DNA from: Treponema sp.
GTDB taxonomy: Bacteria > Spirochaetota > Spirochaetia > Treponematales > Treponemataceae
Assembly (NCBI GenBank): GCA_045641045.1
Contig: JAZUGE010000057.1
Coordinates: 4,259 to 68,258, forward strand
DNA: 64,000 nt
Direction of reading: 5' to 3'
Each line of letters opens with the position of its first letter. The first letter of the stretch is position 1. Made by a program: the position numbers and the translations under genes. The notes beneath the pieces are model-generated. The model did not search any database, had not been told where the DNA came from, and saw nothing but the letters and a program-made list of their open reading frames with translations. Of this stretch, positions 7,721 to 18,206 are shown one piece after another.

Positions 7721-10705
7721 ATGATTAAATCAATCCGCAGACTGTTACTCAGTACAGTTTTACTTGCAGCTTCTGCATCTGTTGTCTGTGCACAGTCTAA
7801 AACCTGGGCTGATGTTGCAGCTCCAGAGATTACTTCAATCGTACAGAGCGGTGATAACGAGTTAACCGTAAACTTTAACCTTGACACAGGTAAAGACGGT
7901 GCTACATCAGGCTCTGTTGTAATGACTTCTACTTCTGGATCATCAAAGGTTCAGACTGTAGGTAAAACTCGTAAAGAAGCTAAATCAGTTAAGTTTCCTG
8001 TAACTGCAACAGGAACATATACATTTACAGCTTATGGCGAACGTAAGGGTGAGGCTAAAAAGGCTTCAACTGTAAAAAGTTTTAACTATATTCTTCCTCT
8101 CACACAGACTAATGTTACACTTCTTAACATTGGTGGTGGTGTTGTTGATGCTTCATGGACACCAGTAAGCGAAGCTGAGGGATATATTCTTTCATATACA
8201 GATAATGGCAAAAAGATTGAGTTACCTGTAACAAAAGATCTTAATGCTACACTCCCTGCATTAAAGCCTGGCAGCTACTCAGACATTGTAGTTACTGCAG
8301 TTCGCGGTTCTGATAAAAAAGACAGTGCTTTATGTCACAAACTTATCCGCGCTGAAAAAGAACGCGTATGGCAGTTTACAGAGTTCGGTACATCAACAAA
8401 GCCAGAACTTAACCGCTACGAAGTTCTTGATCCAAACGATCTTAAAGTAAAGCTTTACTCTTGTACATTTGATCCTAAATCAGGTGATATCGCACAAAAG
8501 GGTGGTAAGTATGAGTCTTTCTTTGATGGTATTTCATTTTACTACACTGTAGTTGACCCAGTTAAAGAAAACTTTGAGCTTACTGCAACAGTTACAGTTG
8601 ACTACATAAACCCAATGCCAGACGGACAGGAAGGTTTTGGTTTTGGTGCATATGATACTTTAGGTAAAGACGGCGAACCAATGGTTGTAGCATACTCAAA
8701 CAATGCTTCACTTATCAGCCGTAAATTTACAACACATGTTAACGGTGTAAAAAAAGAAATTAAAGATGGTCTTGGTGCCCGCTTTGTATGGGGTTTAACA
8801 CCTGAAGTTTTAAGTTCAGGCGATGCAGCTGTAAGCCAGAATGGTGTAAGTCAGACTTTCGCATTCAGCTACGACCAGGCATCAGATGCTATTAAAACAG
8901 GCGATGTTTACCGCATCACATTAAAAAAAGATAACACTGGATATCATACAATTTATAAGAGAGCGATTCCTTCAGAAGATACTGTTGAAGAGTTTATCAT
9001 GTACGATAACCGCGATGACGGCTTTGCAAAGCTTCGTCAGCTTGATAAAGACAACATTTATGTTGGTTTCACAGTAGCCCGCGGATGTAACGCAACTTTC
9101 AGCGATGTGGTATTTACAACCAGTGACCCTGCAACTGACCCAAAAGGTCTTGAAGAACCTCCTGAACTTGTTCCTCTTACAACTTTAGTTGACTGTCCTA
9201 CAGCATACTTCTCAGGCAGCTACCCATTTGTATTTACATCAAATGCACAGGGTACAATCCATGTTGAAGATACAGAAGGTAAAGTTTATATCAAAGAAGA
9301 CAAAGTACTTGCAACTGAAGATTACAAAAAGACTATTAAGCTTAACAGCAAAGGTATTACAGACCTTTTAGTTACATTTACACCTGAAGAAGGCTGGAGA
9401 CCTCAGCCAAAGCAGGTAATTGCTCAATACAACAACGAACTCAAGATTTACGAAATGAACTACAAGCCTGTAACTTACACACAGTCTGTAATCGTAATGA
9501 CTTATAAAGCTAAAGAGCTCTACGTAACACCAAACGGAACAGCATTTGGCAGTGGTACAAAAGAAGACCCTCTCGATCTTTTAAGTGCGATCCGTTATGC
9601 AAAGCCTGGTCAGGAAATTGTTTTACAAGGTGGTACATACTACTTAAAGAGCGGTATTTTAATTGAGCGTGGTAATGACGGTACAGCTAAAAAACATAAG
9701 GTCTTAAGAGCTGAAAACGGAAAACGTGCAGTTCTTAACTTTAACGATGCTCGTAAGGGCTTTGAACTTTATGGAAGCTACTGGACATTACAGGACATTG
9801 ATATTACAAAGACTTTTGAAGATATCAAGGGTATTCAGGTTGCCGGAAGCTACAACATTCTTAACCGTGTTGACGCATACTTAAACGGTGATACTGGTAT
9901 TCAGATTTCAGGACGTGCTTCAGAACCATATGCAAAGTGGCCACACGATAACTTAATTGTTAACTGTGAATCATTCGGTAACTGTGACCCTGCTATGAAC
10001 AATGCCGATGGTTTTGCATCAAAACTTACATCTGGTGATAACAATGTATTCCGCAACTGTATTGCACACCACAACGTTGATGACGGTTGGGATCTTTACT
10101 CAAAAACTGAGACAGGTCCAATTGGTGCAGTTCTTCTTGATAACTGTGTAGTATATGGTAACGGTGTTAAGATTGATGGTTCAGGTAAGGGTGACGGAAA
10201 CGGATTTAAGTTAGGCGGTGATGGTATTGGTATCCCACACTTACTGCGCAACAGTATAAGCTTTGGTAATACTGAAAACGGTGTCACAACTAACTCAAAC
10301 CCAGCATTGATGCTTGAAAACGTAACTGTTTATGGCAATGGTTCATACGGTATTAACCTTTATGGTAAGGGAAATGCTGAATCATACCCACGTTCATTTA
10401 AGGCAACAGGTGTTATTTCTCTTGAAAATGGTTCTGGCGATAAGCTTGACGAAGTTCGCAAGTACTGCGAAGAACTTATTAACGACGATAACTACTTCTA
10501 CAATGGTTCACGTGCAGTAAACAAGAGTGGTGTAACACTTGATAAGAGCATTTTTGAGTCATATGACATGTCTTTAATTGAAAACGGTATTAATGCAGAC
10601 GGTTCATTTAACCGCATTAAACGTAATGCAGACGGTTCATTTGATATGGGCAGTTTGTTTAAGTTAAATGATAAGGCCCCAGCAAATGCAGGTGCCCGCA
10701 GATAA
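7721..10705 (+). CDS. Secreted multidomain polysaccharide lyase family 9 (PelX-like pectate lyase) with Fn3-like N-terminal modules
   Basis: Signal peptide. C-terminal beta-helix with LYVTPNG...GTKEDPL, NGDTGIQIS, NADGFASKL, NVDDGWDLY and DGNGFKLGG (PL9 signatures). Fn3-like segments ELTVNF and VDASWTPVSEAEGY. Confidence 0.85.
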   Translation: MIKSIRRLLLSTVLLAASASVVCAQSKTWADVAAPEITSIVQSGDNELTVNFNLDTGKDGATSGSVVMTSTSGSSKVQTVGKTRKEAKSVKFPVTATGTYTFTAYGERKGEAKKASTVKSFNYILPLTQTNVTLLNIGGGVVDASWTPVSEAEGYILSYTDNGKKIELPVTKDLNATLPALKPGSYSDIVVTAVRGSDKKDSALCHKLIRAEKERVWQFTEFGTSTKPELNRYEVLDPNDLKVKLYSCTFDPKSGDIAQKGGKYESFFDGISFYYTVVDPVKENFELTATVTVDYINPMPDGQEGFGFGAYDTLGKDGEPMVVAYSNNASLISRKFTTHVNGVKKEIKDGLGARFVWGLTPEVLSSGDAAVSQNGVSQTFAFSYDQASDAIKTGDVYRITLKKDNTGYHTIYKRAIPSEDTVEEFIMYDNRDDGFAKLRQLDKDNIYVGFTVARGCNATFSDVVFTTSDPATDPKGLEEPPELVPLTTLVDCPTAYFSGSYPFVFTSNAQGTIHVEDTEGKVYIKEDKVLATEDYKKTIKLNSKGITDLLVTFTPEEGWRPQPKQVIAQYNNELKIYEMNYKPVTYTQSVIVMTYKAKELYVTPNGTAFGSGTKEDPLDLLSAIRYAKPGQEIVLQGGTYYLKSGILIERGNDGTAKKHKVLRAENGKRAVLNFNDARKGFELYGSYWTLQDIDITKTFEDIKGIQVAGSYNILNRVDAYLNGDTGIQISGRASEPYAKWPHDNLIVNCESFGNCDPAMNNADGFASKLTSGDNNVFRNCIAHHNVDDGWDLYSKTETGPIGAVLLDNCVVYGNGVKIDGSGKGDGNGFKLGGDGIGIPHLLRNSISFGNTENGVTTNSNPALMLENVTVYGNGSYGINLYGKGNAESYPRSFKATGVISLENGSGDKLDEVRKYCEELINDDNYFYNGSRAVNKSGVTLDKSIFESYDMSLIENGINADGSFNRIKRNADGSFDMGSLFKLNDKAPANAGARR

Positions 10706-10727
10706 CTAATTATTAACATATAAACTC

Positions 10728-10766
10728 AAGGCTGTATGGGATACTCCATACAGCCTTATTTTTTTT
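10728..10766 (+). terminator. Intrinsic terminator after the PL9 lyase
   Basis: AAGGCTGTATGG/CCATACAGCCTT stem followed by a T-run. Confidence 0.8.
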
Positions 10767-10777
10767 GCTATGAAAAT

Positions 10778-10831
10778 AAAAAAGCCTGCATCTGAAAAGC
10801 TTGAGAGAGCTCAAATCAGATGCAGGCTTTT
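10778..10831 (-). terminator. Intrinsic terminator after pheS
   Basis: 16-bp stem AAAAGCCTGCATCTGA/TCAGATGCAGGCTTTT with a T-run on the minus strand. Confidence 0.75.
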
Positions 10832-10852
10832 ACCGTGTGTTATATTTTTTTA

Positions 10853-12409
10853 TTAGAACTTTGCTTTACGTAAACGAACTTCTTCAATGTTTTCACTAAA
10901 GAGTTCACGAAGATCGTTAAGACCAAGTGCCATAAGAGCCATACGGTCAATACCCATACCCCAGGCTAAAACAGGACAATCAACACCCATTGTCTTACTT
11001 ACTTCAGGTCTAAAAATACCAGCTCCACCAAGCTCAAACCATCCTAATACAGGGTGCTTGATATGAACTTCAACAGATGGTTCTGTAAATGGGAAGTATC
11101 CCGGTACGTATTTAACTTCTGTAGCACCTGCAAAGTCTTTAGCAAACATTTCAAGCATACCAAGAAGTGTACGTAAGTTTACATCGTTACCTAATACAAT
11201 ACCCTCAGTCTGATAAAAGTCTGAAAGGTGAGTAGCATCAACTTTATCATAGCGGAAACAGCGTGCAATACCAAAGTATTTACCAGGGACTTTTGCCTTA
11301 TGAAGCTGATGTGCACTTAATACTGTACCCTGTGAACGTAATACAAGACGGCGTGTAAACTCGTTATCAAACTCGTAGTTCCATCCACGGCTGCCTGTGT
11401 TACCACCGTTTTTGTGAGCAGCAGCTACAGCAGATAAATATGGTTCTTCAATTTCTTTAGCGTGTGTTGGATTTTTAATACGGTAAACATCGTGAATATC
11501 ACGAGCTGCATGGAACTGAGGCATAAACAATGCATCTCCGTTCCAGAACTCTGTTTCAACTAATGGACCATCAAATTCTTCAAAACCACGTGCAGCAAGC
11601 TTGTCTTTTACAGACTCAAGGAACTGTACATAAGGATTTGTACGACCAGGTATAATACGTGCAGGTGGAATAGCAATGTTATAACCACGGAATGTTCCGT
11701 TTTTCCATTCACCACTTGAAAGCATTTTTGGTGTAAGTTCACCAATTTCGTTACCTGTAATACCTGCAGACTTAAGAGCCTCGACTACAGAAGCAGCATC
11801 GTCTGTTAACTTATAAACAACAGTTTCACGTTCAATAATCTTAAATGGACTGTCGGCAGCTCCACGTTTTTTTGCGTAAGCTGAAATAGCTGTCTGCTCA
11901 TCCTTTGAAAGGGAAGCATTATCAAGCTGTCCATTTTCAGCTTTGCTAGCTGATTCGAAAAGCTTTTGAGCAATCTGGATATTTGCAGGAACATCAGCTC
12001 CGGTATACTCAGCCTTTTTTTCAGCATTCATCTTTAAGATGCCTGCTTTTGACAAAGGACCAAATGCACTACCTACATCTTTCTGTTCAAGGCCAACACC
12101 CTGGGCAATTTCAGGTAATGTTTTTGCACCGTTTTCTTTAACAAATGCAATAATACGAGCTTCAGGAACCCCCTGTTCTGCGTATTTACGTCCTAAGTCT
12201 GTGATTTCGTAAAATGTATGTGGAGTACGACTTACAACAGTAAGTAACTCCTTACCACCTAACCATGAAAAAGCCTGATTAGCATGACCTTCTTTGTAGT
12301 TAAGCTCTGCCTGAAGTTTTTCTGATGTTAACGCATCTTTTGATGTGTAGTTAAGAAGCACCTTAATTTCGAGTGGGTGCAGATTTTTAATTACATTTTG
12401 AATATCCAT
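10853..12409 (-). CDS. pheS: Phenylalanine--tRNA ligase alpha subunit (long archaeal/eukaryotic type found in treponemes)
   Basis: HAARDIHD, FRYDKVDATHLSDFYQTEG, YFPFTEPS, ELGGAGIFRPE and AWGMGIDR motifs, with a ~250-aa N-terminal extension. Confidence 0.95.
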   Translation of the reverse strand: MDIQNVIKNLHPLEIKVLLNYTSKDALTSEKLQAELNYKEGHANQAFSWLGGKELLTVVSRTPHTFYEITDLGRKYAEQGVPEARIIAFVKENGAKTLPEIAQGVGLEQKDVGSAFGPLSKAGILKMNAEKKAEYTGADVPANIQIAQKLFESASKAENGQLDNASLSKDEQTAISAYAKKRGAADSPFKIIERETVVYKLTDDAASVVEALKSAGITGNEIGELTPKMLSSGEWKNGTFRGYNIAIPPARIIPGRTNPYVQFLESVKDKLAARGFEEFDGPLVETEFWNGDALFMPQFHAARDIHDVYRIKNPTHAKEIEEPYLSAVAAAHKNGGNTGSRGWNYEFDNEFTRRLVLRSQGTVLSAHQLHKAKVPGKYFGIARCFRYDKVDATHLSDFYQTEGIVLGNDVNLRTLLGMLEMFAKDFAGATEVKYVPGYFPFTEPSVEVHIKHPVLGWFELGGAGIFRPEVSKTMGVDCPVLAWGMGIDRMALMALGLNDLRELFSENIEEVRLRKAKF

Positions 12410-12473
12410 TATGGATTGCCCCGGAACTAAAAAAATTTATGGCTGGTCCGATTGAACCAGCCTGACTATCTTA

Positions 12474-12866
12474 CTAGCGTGCAAACTTTACATAAGATGA
12501 GTAAGTAGCCCATTTAAGGTTTTTATCATCCTTAAAGTATTTTGTTTTATCTTTTGCAAGATATTTATAACCGTAATACTGGTTCTGCTTCTGAAAATCT
12601 TCGAGACAGGCAAGAATTGAGTTCATTGCTTCTCCCTGATCGTAAGAAACAGCCATTACAGTATAATAGATTCGCACTTCATTTGTAAGTGGTGTATACT
12701 CTATTTTTACACTAGCAGTCTTATTTACTACATGCTGATCTTCAGGAACGATTGTCCTTGTGAGACTATCCTGAGGTTCTCTGGTCAAGTCATCATAATT
12801 ATCGTCAGCATAAGCAACACCCAACAAACACATACAACCAACGATTAACGCAAGTATTCTTCTCAT
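12474..12866 (-). CDS. Hypothetical exported protein
   Basis: Signal peptide ending in AYA; AAGGAG SD. Confidence 0.7.
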   Translation of the reverse strand: MRRILALIVGCMCLLGVAYADDNYDDLTREPQDSLTRTIVPEDQHVVNKTASVKIEYTPLTNEVRIYYTVMAVSYDQGEAMNSILACLEDFQKQNQYYGYKYLAKDKTKYFKDDKNLKWATYSSYVKFAR

Positions 12867-12899
12867 ATTAAGCTCCTTCTAAGTACAATCAGATTAAGA

Positions 12900-13580
12900 T
12901 CAGAACATTTTGTATTCTTTTATTCTATCTGTTTCTATGAAAAAATCAAGAGTTACCTTGTACTGACCGGCGTCAATACCAATTTTTGGCGGCTGCGAAA
13001 TTAACACTTTTCCTGTAATTTCACGGGGTTTGTTTTTTATTCTTGACCTTTCATAGTCACGGACAGCTTCTTTTAAGGCCTCACCACAAGCCTTCTGAAT
13101 ACCAGCAAAGCCATCACTAAGCTTTGCATATCCTGTTCCCTTTATTCTCGGATACTCAATACCTCGCCAGGCCCTGTAAGCCATAATTTGACCTTCACTA
13201 CGGTCATACTCGACCCAACAGCACAATCTTGCATCTTGTACCCAAGGTTTAGCATACCGTATTTTTTGCCTGTCTGCCTTAGAAAGTTTTGTTATAGGTT
13301 CATACTCAAAATACTCTTTTACGTTCCTCGCTTTATCAGAAGGGCTATATTCAAAACTCCAGCCATAAACCATCCCTTCGCTAATAAAACATGCTATATC
13401 GCTCATATGCTTTATGGCATAAAACTCATCCAGTGACTCTGGAGTACCAGGAACAAAATCTGATAAAGCCCATATATTAAAACGCACAAGACGTTCCTGA
13501 GAAACATCCTGTGCATATGAGTGAAAAGCAAAAAAAATAACGCTTAATGTAAGAACTAATTTCTGTATGCGTTTTTCCAT
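12900..13580 (-). CDS. Hypothetical exported protein
   Basis: Signal peptide ending in SYA; start overlaps the rhomboid stop by 25 nt. Confidence 0.7.
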   Translation of the reverse strand: MEKRIQKLVLTLSVIFFAFHSYAQDVSQERLVRFNIWALSDFVPGTPESLDEFYAIKHMSDIACFISEGMVYGWSFEYSPSDKARNVKEYFEYEPITKLSKADRQKIRYAKPWVQDARLCCWVEYDRSEGQIMAYRAWRGIEYPRIKGTGYAKLSDGFAGIQKACGEALKEAVRDYERSRIKNKPREITGKVLISQPPKIGIDAGQYKVTLDFFIETDRIKEYKMF

Positions 13581-14200
13581 ACTCTGATTGGATTAATTCC
13601 CATCCTTACAACTAAATACAACCAGGCAGCACAAAATCCTGTTAAATGAACCATATGTGCAACATTTGAAGAAGCGCTGAACTGACTGAAAAACTCTATA
13701 ACTGCATATGCAAGTATTAGTATTGGAGCAGGGACTGGCAGAATCCCCCAGATATATATAATGTTACGAGGAAAGATTACAGCATATGTAAGTAAAACTG
13801 CATATAATGCGCCGCTTGCACCAAGCAAAAATACCCTGTAGTACCCCCAAAAATAATAAACCACAAGGGCAACAACTCCACAGATTAATCCACACAAAAG
13901 ATACAGCAGTATAAACTCTTTGCTTCCTAAGGCCCTTTCTACTGCAATACCAAAAAACAAAAGTCCGAGCATATTAAAGAATATATGACTTACATTGCTG
14001 TGTACAAACATATAGGTAAATGGCTGCCACCACATACTGCGAACCAGACAGTTATATACATTAAGTGACAAGTAAACCTTATAATAGGGAAAGATATTTA
14101 ACAAAAGATATACAGCAACATTGATTACTATGACAGCTAAGGTCGAATTATTAAATGTGTATTTAAATGGTTTTCGTATTAATTTTAATGGGTTATTCAT
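13556..14200 (-). CDS. Rhomboid-family intramembrane serine protease
   Basis: WQPFTYMFVH, HIFFNM, GASG (catalytic Ser) and AHMVHLTG (catalytic His). Confidence 0.92.
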   Translation of the reverse strand: MNNPLKLIRKPFKYTFNNSTLAVIVINVAVYLLLNIFPYYKVYLSLNVYNCLVRSMWWQPFTYMFVHSNVSHIFFNMLGLLFFGIAVERALGSKEFILLYLLCGLICGVVALVVYYFWGYYRVFLLGASGALYAVLLTYAVIFPRNIIYIWGILPVPAPILILAYAVIEFFSQFSASSNVAHMVHLTGFCAAWLYLVVRMGINPIRVWKNAYRN

Positions 14201-15315
14201 TATTCCTGCTTAAAATCAATTACAGACCCAGGATCTGCAACTGTTATTTTATTTCGTCCGGATCGTTTTGAAATGTACATTGCGTAATCAGCCTGATCAA
14301 CAAACGCTTTTGACGATGATATAAAGTTTGCGTCTCTGTCAAAGTATGCAACTCCGCCAGAAATTGTTACATTAACATGTTTTCCTTCATAACAAAAGTC
14401 ATATGATTCTATTCTTTTTCGTATGCGTTCGGCAACTATCAAAGCCTCATCCCGACCAGCTTTATTTAACAAAATAACAAATTCTTCACCACCATAACGG
14501 GCTGCAACATCCATCGCCCTTATTTCAGACTTAATAAGCATTGCAACAGTTTTAAGAACATAGTCACCACAGGAGTGACCATAGGTATCATTAAAATGCT
14601 TAAAAAAATCGATATCAAACATTAAAACTGATATTGGAACTTTTCGCACAACGGCTTCATCTATTTTATTTGTTAAAATACCAAAAAAATAGTGTTTAAG
14701 CTTAAGATGAGTCATCATATCAGTTGAAGATAACTCTAAAAGAATTGCATTTGTTACAGCTACAGCTACAAATGAAGAAATTGAAATAAGCAGAGCTTTT
14801 TCACTGTCAGTATAATAATCGTCCCCTGTAATTGCAATGCGTTCACCTAAAAGTAAAAAGCCCTCAAGATGTGTCTTATTAATTAAAGGGACAACCAGTG
14901 AAGGGTGGAGGCTTTTAAATATTTCAACCTCTCTCGAGTCAGGTAAAATCTTTTCAAGCTCATCCATTGTGTATACAGTTTCACCATCGCAGCTTATACA
15001 CTTTGCAAACTCACTGTTTACAGGAATGCGATAATCAATATCATCATCGCTATCATACTCATTACATACGCTGCTCAATCTGAAATAATCATTGTCCCCA
15101 GTTCCCTGTAAAAACATTTCAGCCCATAAAACTCTAAACAACCCCATACATGTATATATTATGGATTCGACAAGCTTTGGAAACTCTATGGCAGAACATA
15201 ATGATCTTGAGATATCAAGCAACTGCTCAAGATCATAAATCCTGCGTTCAAAATCAGAGGAACTCGTTATTTCCTTTTTTTGACTGTATACATCAGTCAG
15301 ACTGTAGCGTTTCAT
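14200..15315 (-). CDS. GAF + GGDEF diguanylate cyclase
   Basis: N-terminal GAF-like region; MFDIDFFKHFNDTYGHSCGD; RYGGEEF with an intact RAMD I-site five residues upstream. Confidence 0.9.
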   Translation of the reverse strand: MKRYSLTDVYSQKKEITSSSDFERRIYDLEQLLDISRSLCSAIEFPKLVESIIYTCMGLFRVLWAEMFLQGTGDNDYFRLSSVCNEYDSDDDIDYRIPVNSEFAKCISCDGETVYTMDELEKILPDSREVEIFKSLHPSLVVPLINKTHLEGFLLLGERIAITGDDYYTDSEKALLISISSFVAVAVTNAILLELSSTDMMTHLKLKHYFFGILTNKIDEAVVRKVPISVLMFDIDFFKHFNDTYGHSCGDYVLKTVAMLIKSEIRAMDVAARYGGEEFVILLNKAGRDEALIVAERIRKRIESYDFCYEGKHVNVTISGGVAYFDRDANFISSSKAFVDQADYAMYISKRSGRNKITVADPGSVIDFKQE

Positions 15316-16925
15316 GTTTTGCTTATGTTTTTATCTCTACTTTCTTTATCTATCTCACCGAGAACTGCATAATTTCTCATTACACTAATAAGAATCTGCC
15401 AGGATTCTAACTGCTTATCTAAAAGGACACTTGACTCAGCATTACGTGCTGAGTTCATTATGACCCTGATATTTGAAATATTATCAGGTTTTGCTTTTTT
15501 TGCATCACCAACAACGTCTTCAATAAGTTTTGTCAATGTATACAAGGATTGAGAGCATGTCTGAACAAGATGCTGAGCTTTATTATTAACATTGTCGACA
15601 AGTTTACTCAGCTGCTTTAAAAAATCTGGATCAGAACGACTGTCATTTATTAAACCATTTATATAAGCAAGGGAATTATCACCACTTGCTTCAAAGGTTG
15701 ATTCAAATGCTAAAATATGGGAACTCCACTGAAAACACTCGTACACACATTCTGCAAACTTGGCCTCATATACAGGATTGTTAAAAAAACCTTCTATAAT
15801 TAAGTCTTCAAGATATGTTTTTATACCCTGGCTTAGATATATATGCAAAAATGTTTTTAAAACCATCAATGGTTTTATCCATAAAAAAGTGCTGACCTGA
15901 TTTGCTTCAAGTTTTTTATTTGTATCAATATTATATCCGTTTAACTCAATAAGAGGATCTGAACCAAAAAGTTTTTTTATATCAGCTAAAATCGTTTCGT
16001 CCCTGATTTCAGTCTTTATACGGTCTTCATCTGCATTAAATACTTTTGTGCGTTCCTCAGCAAGTCGCTTGCGATGTTCACTTTTATACTCCACTGTTTT
16101 ATTAGGTATTTCAGTACTGTTCTTGGCAACGCAGATAAGTTTATATAATAAACCTGCACTAATTATATTTTTTATCAGTGAGTTTATTTTTCGTAAATCT
16201 TCATCCAGCTTTTCCTTAAATGCATCAGTAACACTGGCTTTATCTTTCATTTGTGCAAGAGCAATGAGAGCTCTTGACATGGCACCTGTTATAATGAATC
16301 CTTTTGTAAGATAATATAAATCCAGCAGACACTCAGAAAATGCAGAAATGTGATTATTAGCAAATACAGGCGTATAATTTTCATCATAACTGTTATAATT
16401 TACATCAAATACCTGAAGTATGCTTCCATAATTAAAATTACAGATATCATACAACTGAAGTAAATTTGCAATTACTCCATCAATTTTAGTAAACTCTTCT
16501 GAGTTAAGCTGCTTTACAATCTGCTCATGCAGCATTCGCTGTCTTGCATAAACACTGGTACGATGATTTTCATCAACATCAAGTATTTCCTGCTTACGAA
16601 AGCCATACCCTAATCTTGCAATTTTAGACTGTATATCAGCACCAAACCCTGTAAGTAAGAGCTGATTTATGAACTGGTCATTGCTTTTTTTATCTTTTGT
16701 ACATATTGTCTCTGAAAGTATTTTTAATGAGCCTTTACACAACTTTTGCAGCATGTACACGTAGTTTGCAAACTGAACAGTAAGCATTCCATTTTTATAA
16801 ATACATGGTTCAATCGCTTTTAATTCGTTTTCCAAAGCTTTTATTTCGCGCTTTTTTTGTGTGGCTGGAGAACCTTTTCCCCTGAAAAAAGATATTATTG
16901 CTGTTATAAGCGAAAAAAATTTCAT
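15312..16925 (-). CDS. Conserved spirochete helical protein (DUF5312-like)
   Basis: 537-aa helical ORF with an ATGA overlap into the cyclase gene. The family name is recalled, not searched. Confidence 0.55.
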   Translation of the reverse strand: MKFFSLITAIISFFRGKGSPATQKKREIKALENELKAIEPCIYKNGMLTVQFANYVYMLQKLCKGSLKILSETICTKDKKSNDQFINQLLLTGFGADIQSKIARLGYGFRKQEILDVDENHRTSVYARQRMLHEQIVKQLNSEEFTKIDGVIANLLQLYDICNFNYGSILQVFDVNYNSYDENYTPVFANNHISAFSECLLDLYYLTKGFIITGAMSRALIALAQMKDKASVTDAFKEKLDEDLRKINSLIKNIISAGLLYKLICVAKNSTEIPNKTVEYKSEHRKRLAEERTKVFNADEDRIKTEIRDETILADIKKLFGSDPLIELNGYNIDTNKKLEANQVSTFLWIKPLMVLKTFLHIYLSQGIKTYLEDLIIEGFFNNPVYEAKFAECVYECFQWSSHILAFESTFEASGDNSLAYINGLINDSRSDPDFLKQLSKLVDNVNNKAQHLVQTCSQSLYTLTKLIEDVVGDAKKAKPDNISNIRVIMNSARNAESSVLLDKQLESWQILISVMRNYAVLGEIDKESRDKNISKT

Positions 16926-16931
16926 ACCATA

Positions 16932-16961
16932 ATTTTATACTTGGTATTTTAAATTTCACAA
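16932..16961 (-). promoter_or_regulatory. Sigma70-type promoter, probably leaderless (DUF5312-like gene)
   Basis: Minus strand TTGTGA-N18-TAAAAT-N6-ATG; no SD. Confidence 0.6.
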
Positions 16962-17063
16962 GTTAATATAACATTATATTTAGAGTTTTTTAAGATTTTA
17001 TCAATTTTATATAATACAAATTGTATTTACAGGCAATAATACTTCGCCTGTAAACTTAAATGG

Positions 17064-18107
17064 CTATCTGTAAGCTTTAAAAATTTCTTCAAAATCAGCT
17101 ACAGTACAAGCACTTACAACCTGCTTACGCAATGCGCCACCGCCTTCAATACCCTTACTATAACAGCAAAACTGTTTGCGCATATCACGACACGCAGCTT
17201 CTTCACCACGGTCTTTTATCAAAAGCTCAAGCTCTCTGAACCCCGCATCAAGACGGGTTTTAGTTGTAATTTCATTTATCTGACCTGTTGTCAGATAATC
17301 GTGAGTATTTGTAAAAATAAACGGATTACCCATTGCACCACGGGCAAACATAACGCCATCCACACCAGTCTCTTTTAACATGCGCTCAGCATCTTCAGCT
17401 TTAAATGCATCCCCACTGCCAAATACTGGTATTCGACCGTTTATCAGTTCAACAAATTCTTTTAAAACTCCCCAATCGGCTTTACCTTCATACCCCTGAG
17501 CTCTGGTACGAGCATGTAATGTAATAGCACTGGCACCAGCTGCAATAGCAGCTTCTGCATTTTCGCGCCAGGTAATATGATCCTCATCCCATCCTTTTCG
17601 AACTTTTACAGTTACTGGAATTACTTTTTCATATTTTACATCATTATCATCTGTATCCTTTCGCAAACCGTCATAATTACGAACTGCATCAACCACAGCC
17701 TTTACTATATGGTAAAGCTTATCAGGATCACGTGTTAAAGAGCTTCCGGCTCCACTTTTTATAATCTTTGGAACAGGACATCCACCATTTATATCAATAC
17801 ACTCTGTACTTGTCTTACGTAAAACCAGTCGGGCAGCCTCAGCCATAATTTGTTCTGTACCGCCAAAAATCTGAACTGCATAAGCCAGTTCATTAGGAGC
17901 ACGTTTCATGATAAGCTCTGTTTTTTCAGAACCACGGGTCAGTGCTTCGGCAGAAACCATCTCTGTATAAGCAAAATCAGCACCACAGTCAGCACAAATT
18001 GATCTGAAAGCTCTGTCTGAATATCCGGCAACAGGTGCCAGAAAAAGGTTTCCATTAAGTTGCAAATCACCTATTTTTACCGGATGATATAAAGGTTTGT
18101 TTTCCAT
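17064..18107 (-). CDS. dusB: tRNA-dihydrouridine synthase
   Basis: LAPVAGYSD, YTEMVSAEAL, DINGGCPVPKI (catalytic Cys), TLHART, GVMFARGAMGNP. Confidence 0.9.
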   Translation of the reverse strand: MENKPLYHPVKIGDLQLNGNLFLAPVAGYSDRAFRSICADCGADFAYTEMVSAEALTRGSEKTELIMKRAPNELAYAVQIFGGTEQIMAEAARLVLRKTSTECIDINGGCPVPKIIKSGAGSSLTRDPDKLYHIVKAVVDAVRNYDGLRKDTDDNDVKYEKVIPVTVKVRKGWDEDHITWRENAEAAIAAGASAITLHARTRAQGYEGKADWGVLKEFVELINGRIPVFGSGDAFKAEDAERMLKETGVDGVMFARGAMGNPFIFTNTHDYLTTGQINEITTKTRLDAGFRELELLIKDRGEEAACRDMRKQFCCYSKGIEGGGALRKQVVSACTVADFEEIFKAYR

Positions 18108-18122
18108 AAGTAGGGAAATTAT

Positions 18123-18155
18123 AAAAAAAAATGGTACTTATTAAAAGTACCATTT
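18123..18155 (-). terminator. Intrinsic terminator after tatD
   Basis: AAATGGTACTT/AAGTACCATTT stem with a T-run on the minus strand. Confidence 0.6.
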
Positions 18156-18206
18156 AAAAGCTAACACGATATTATCAATTGTTATTAATGCAAAACTTAA
18201 CTGATG

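Noticed and set aside
10853-12409. Archaeal-type PheS with no adjacent pheT, as a sign of recent transfer
   Set aside because: This is an established feature of treponemal spirochetes.
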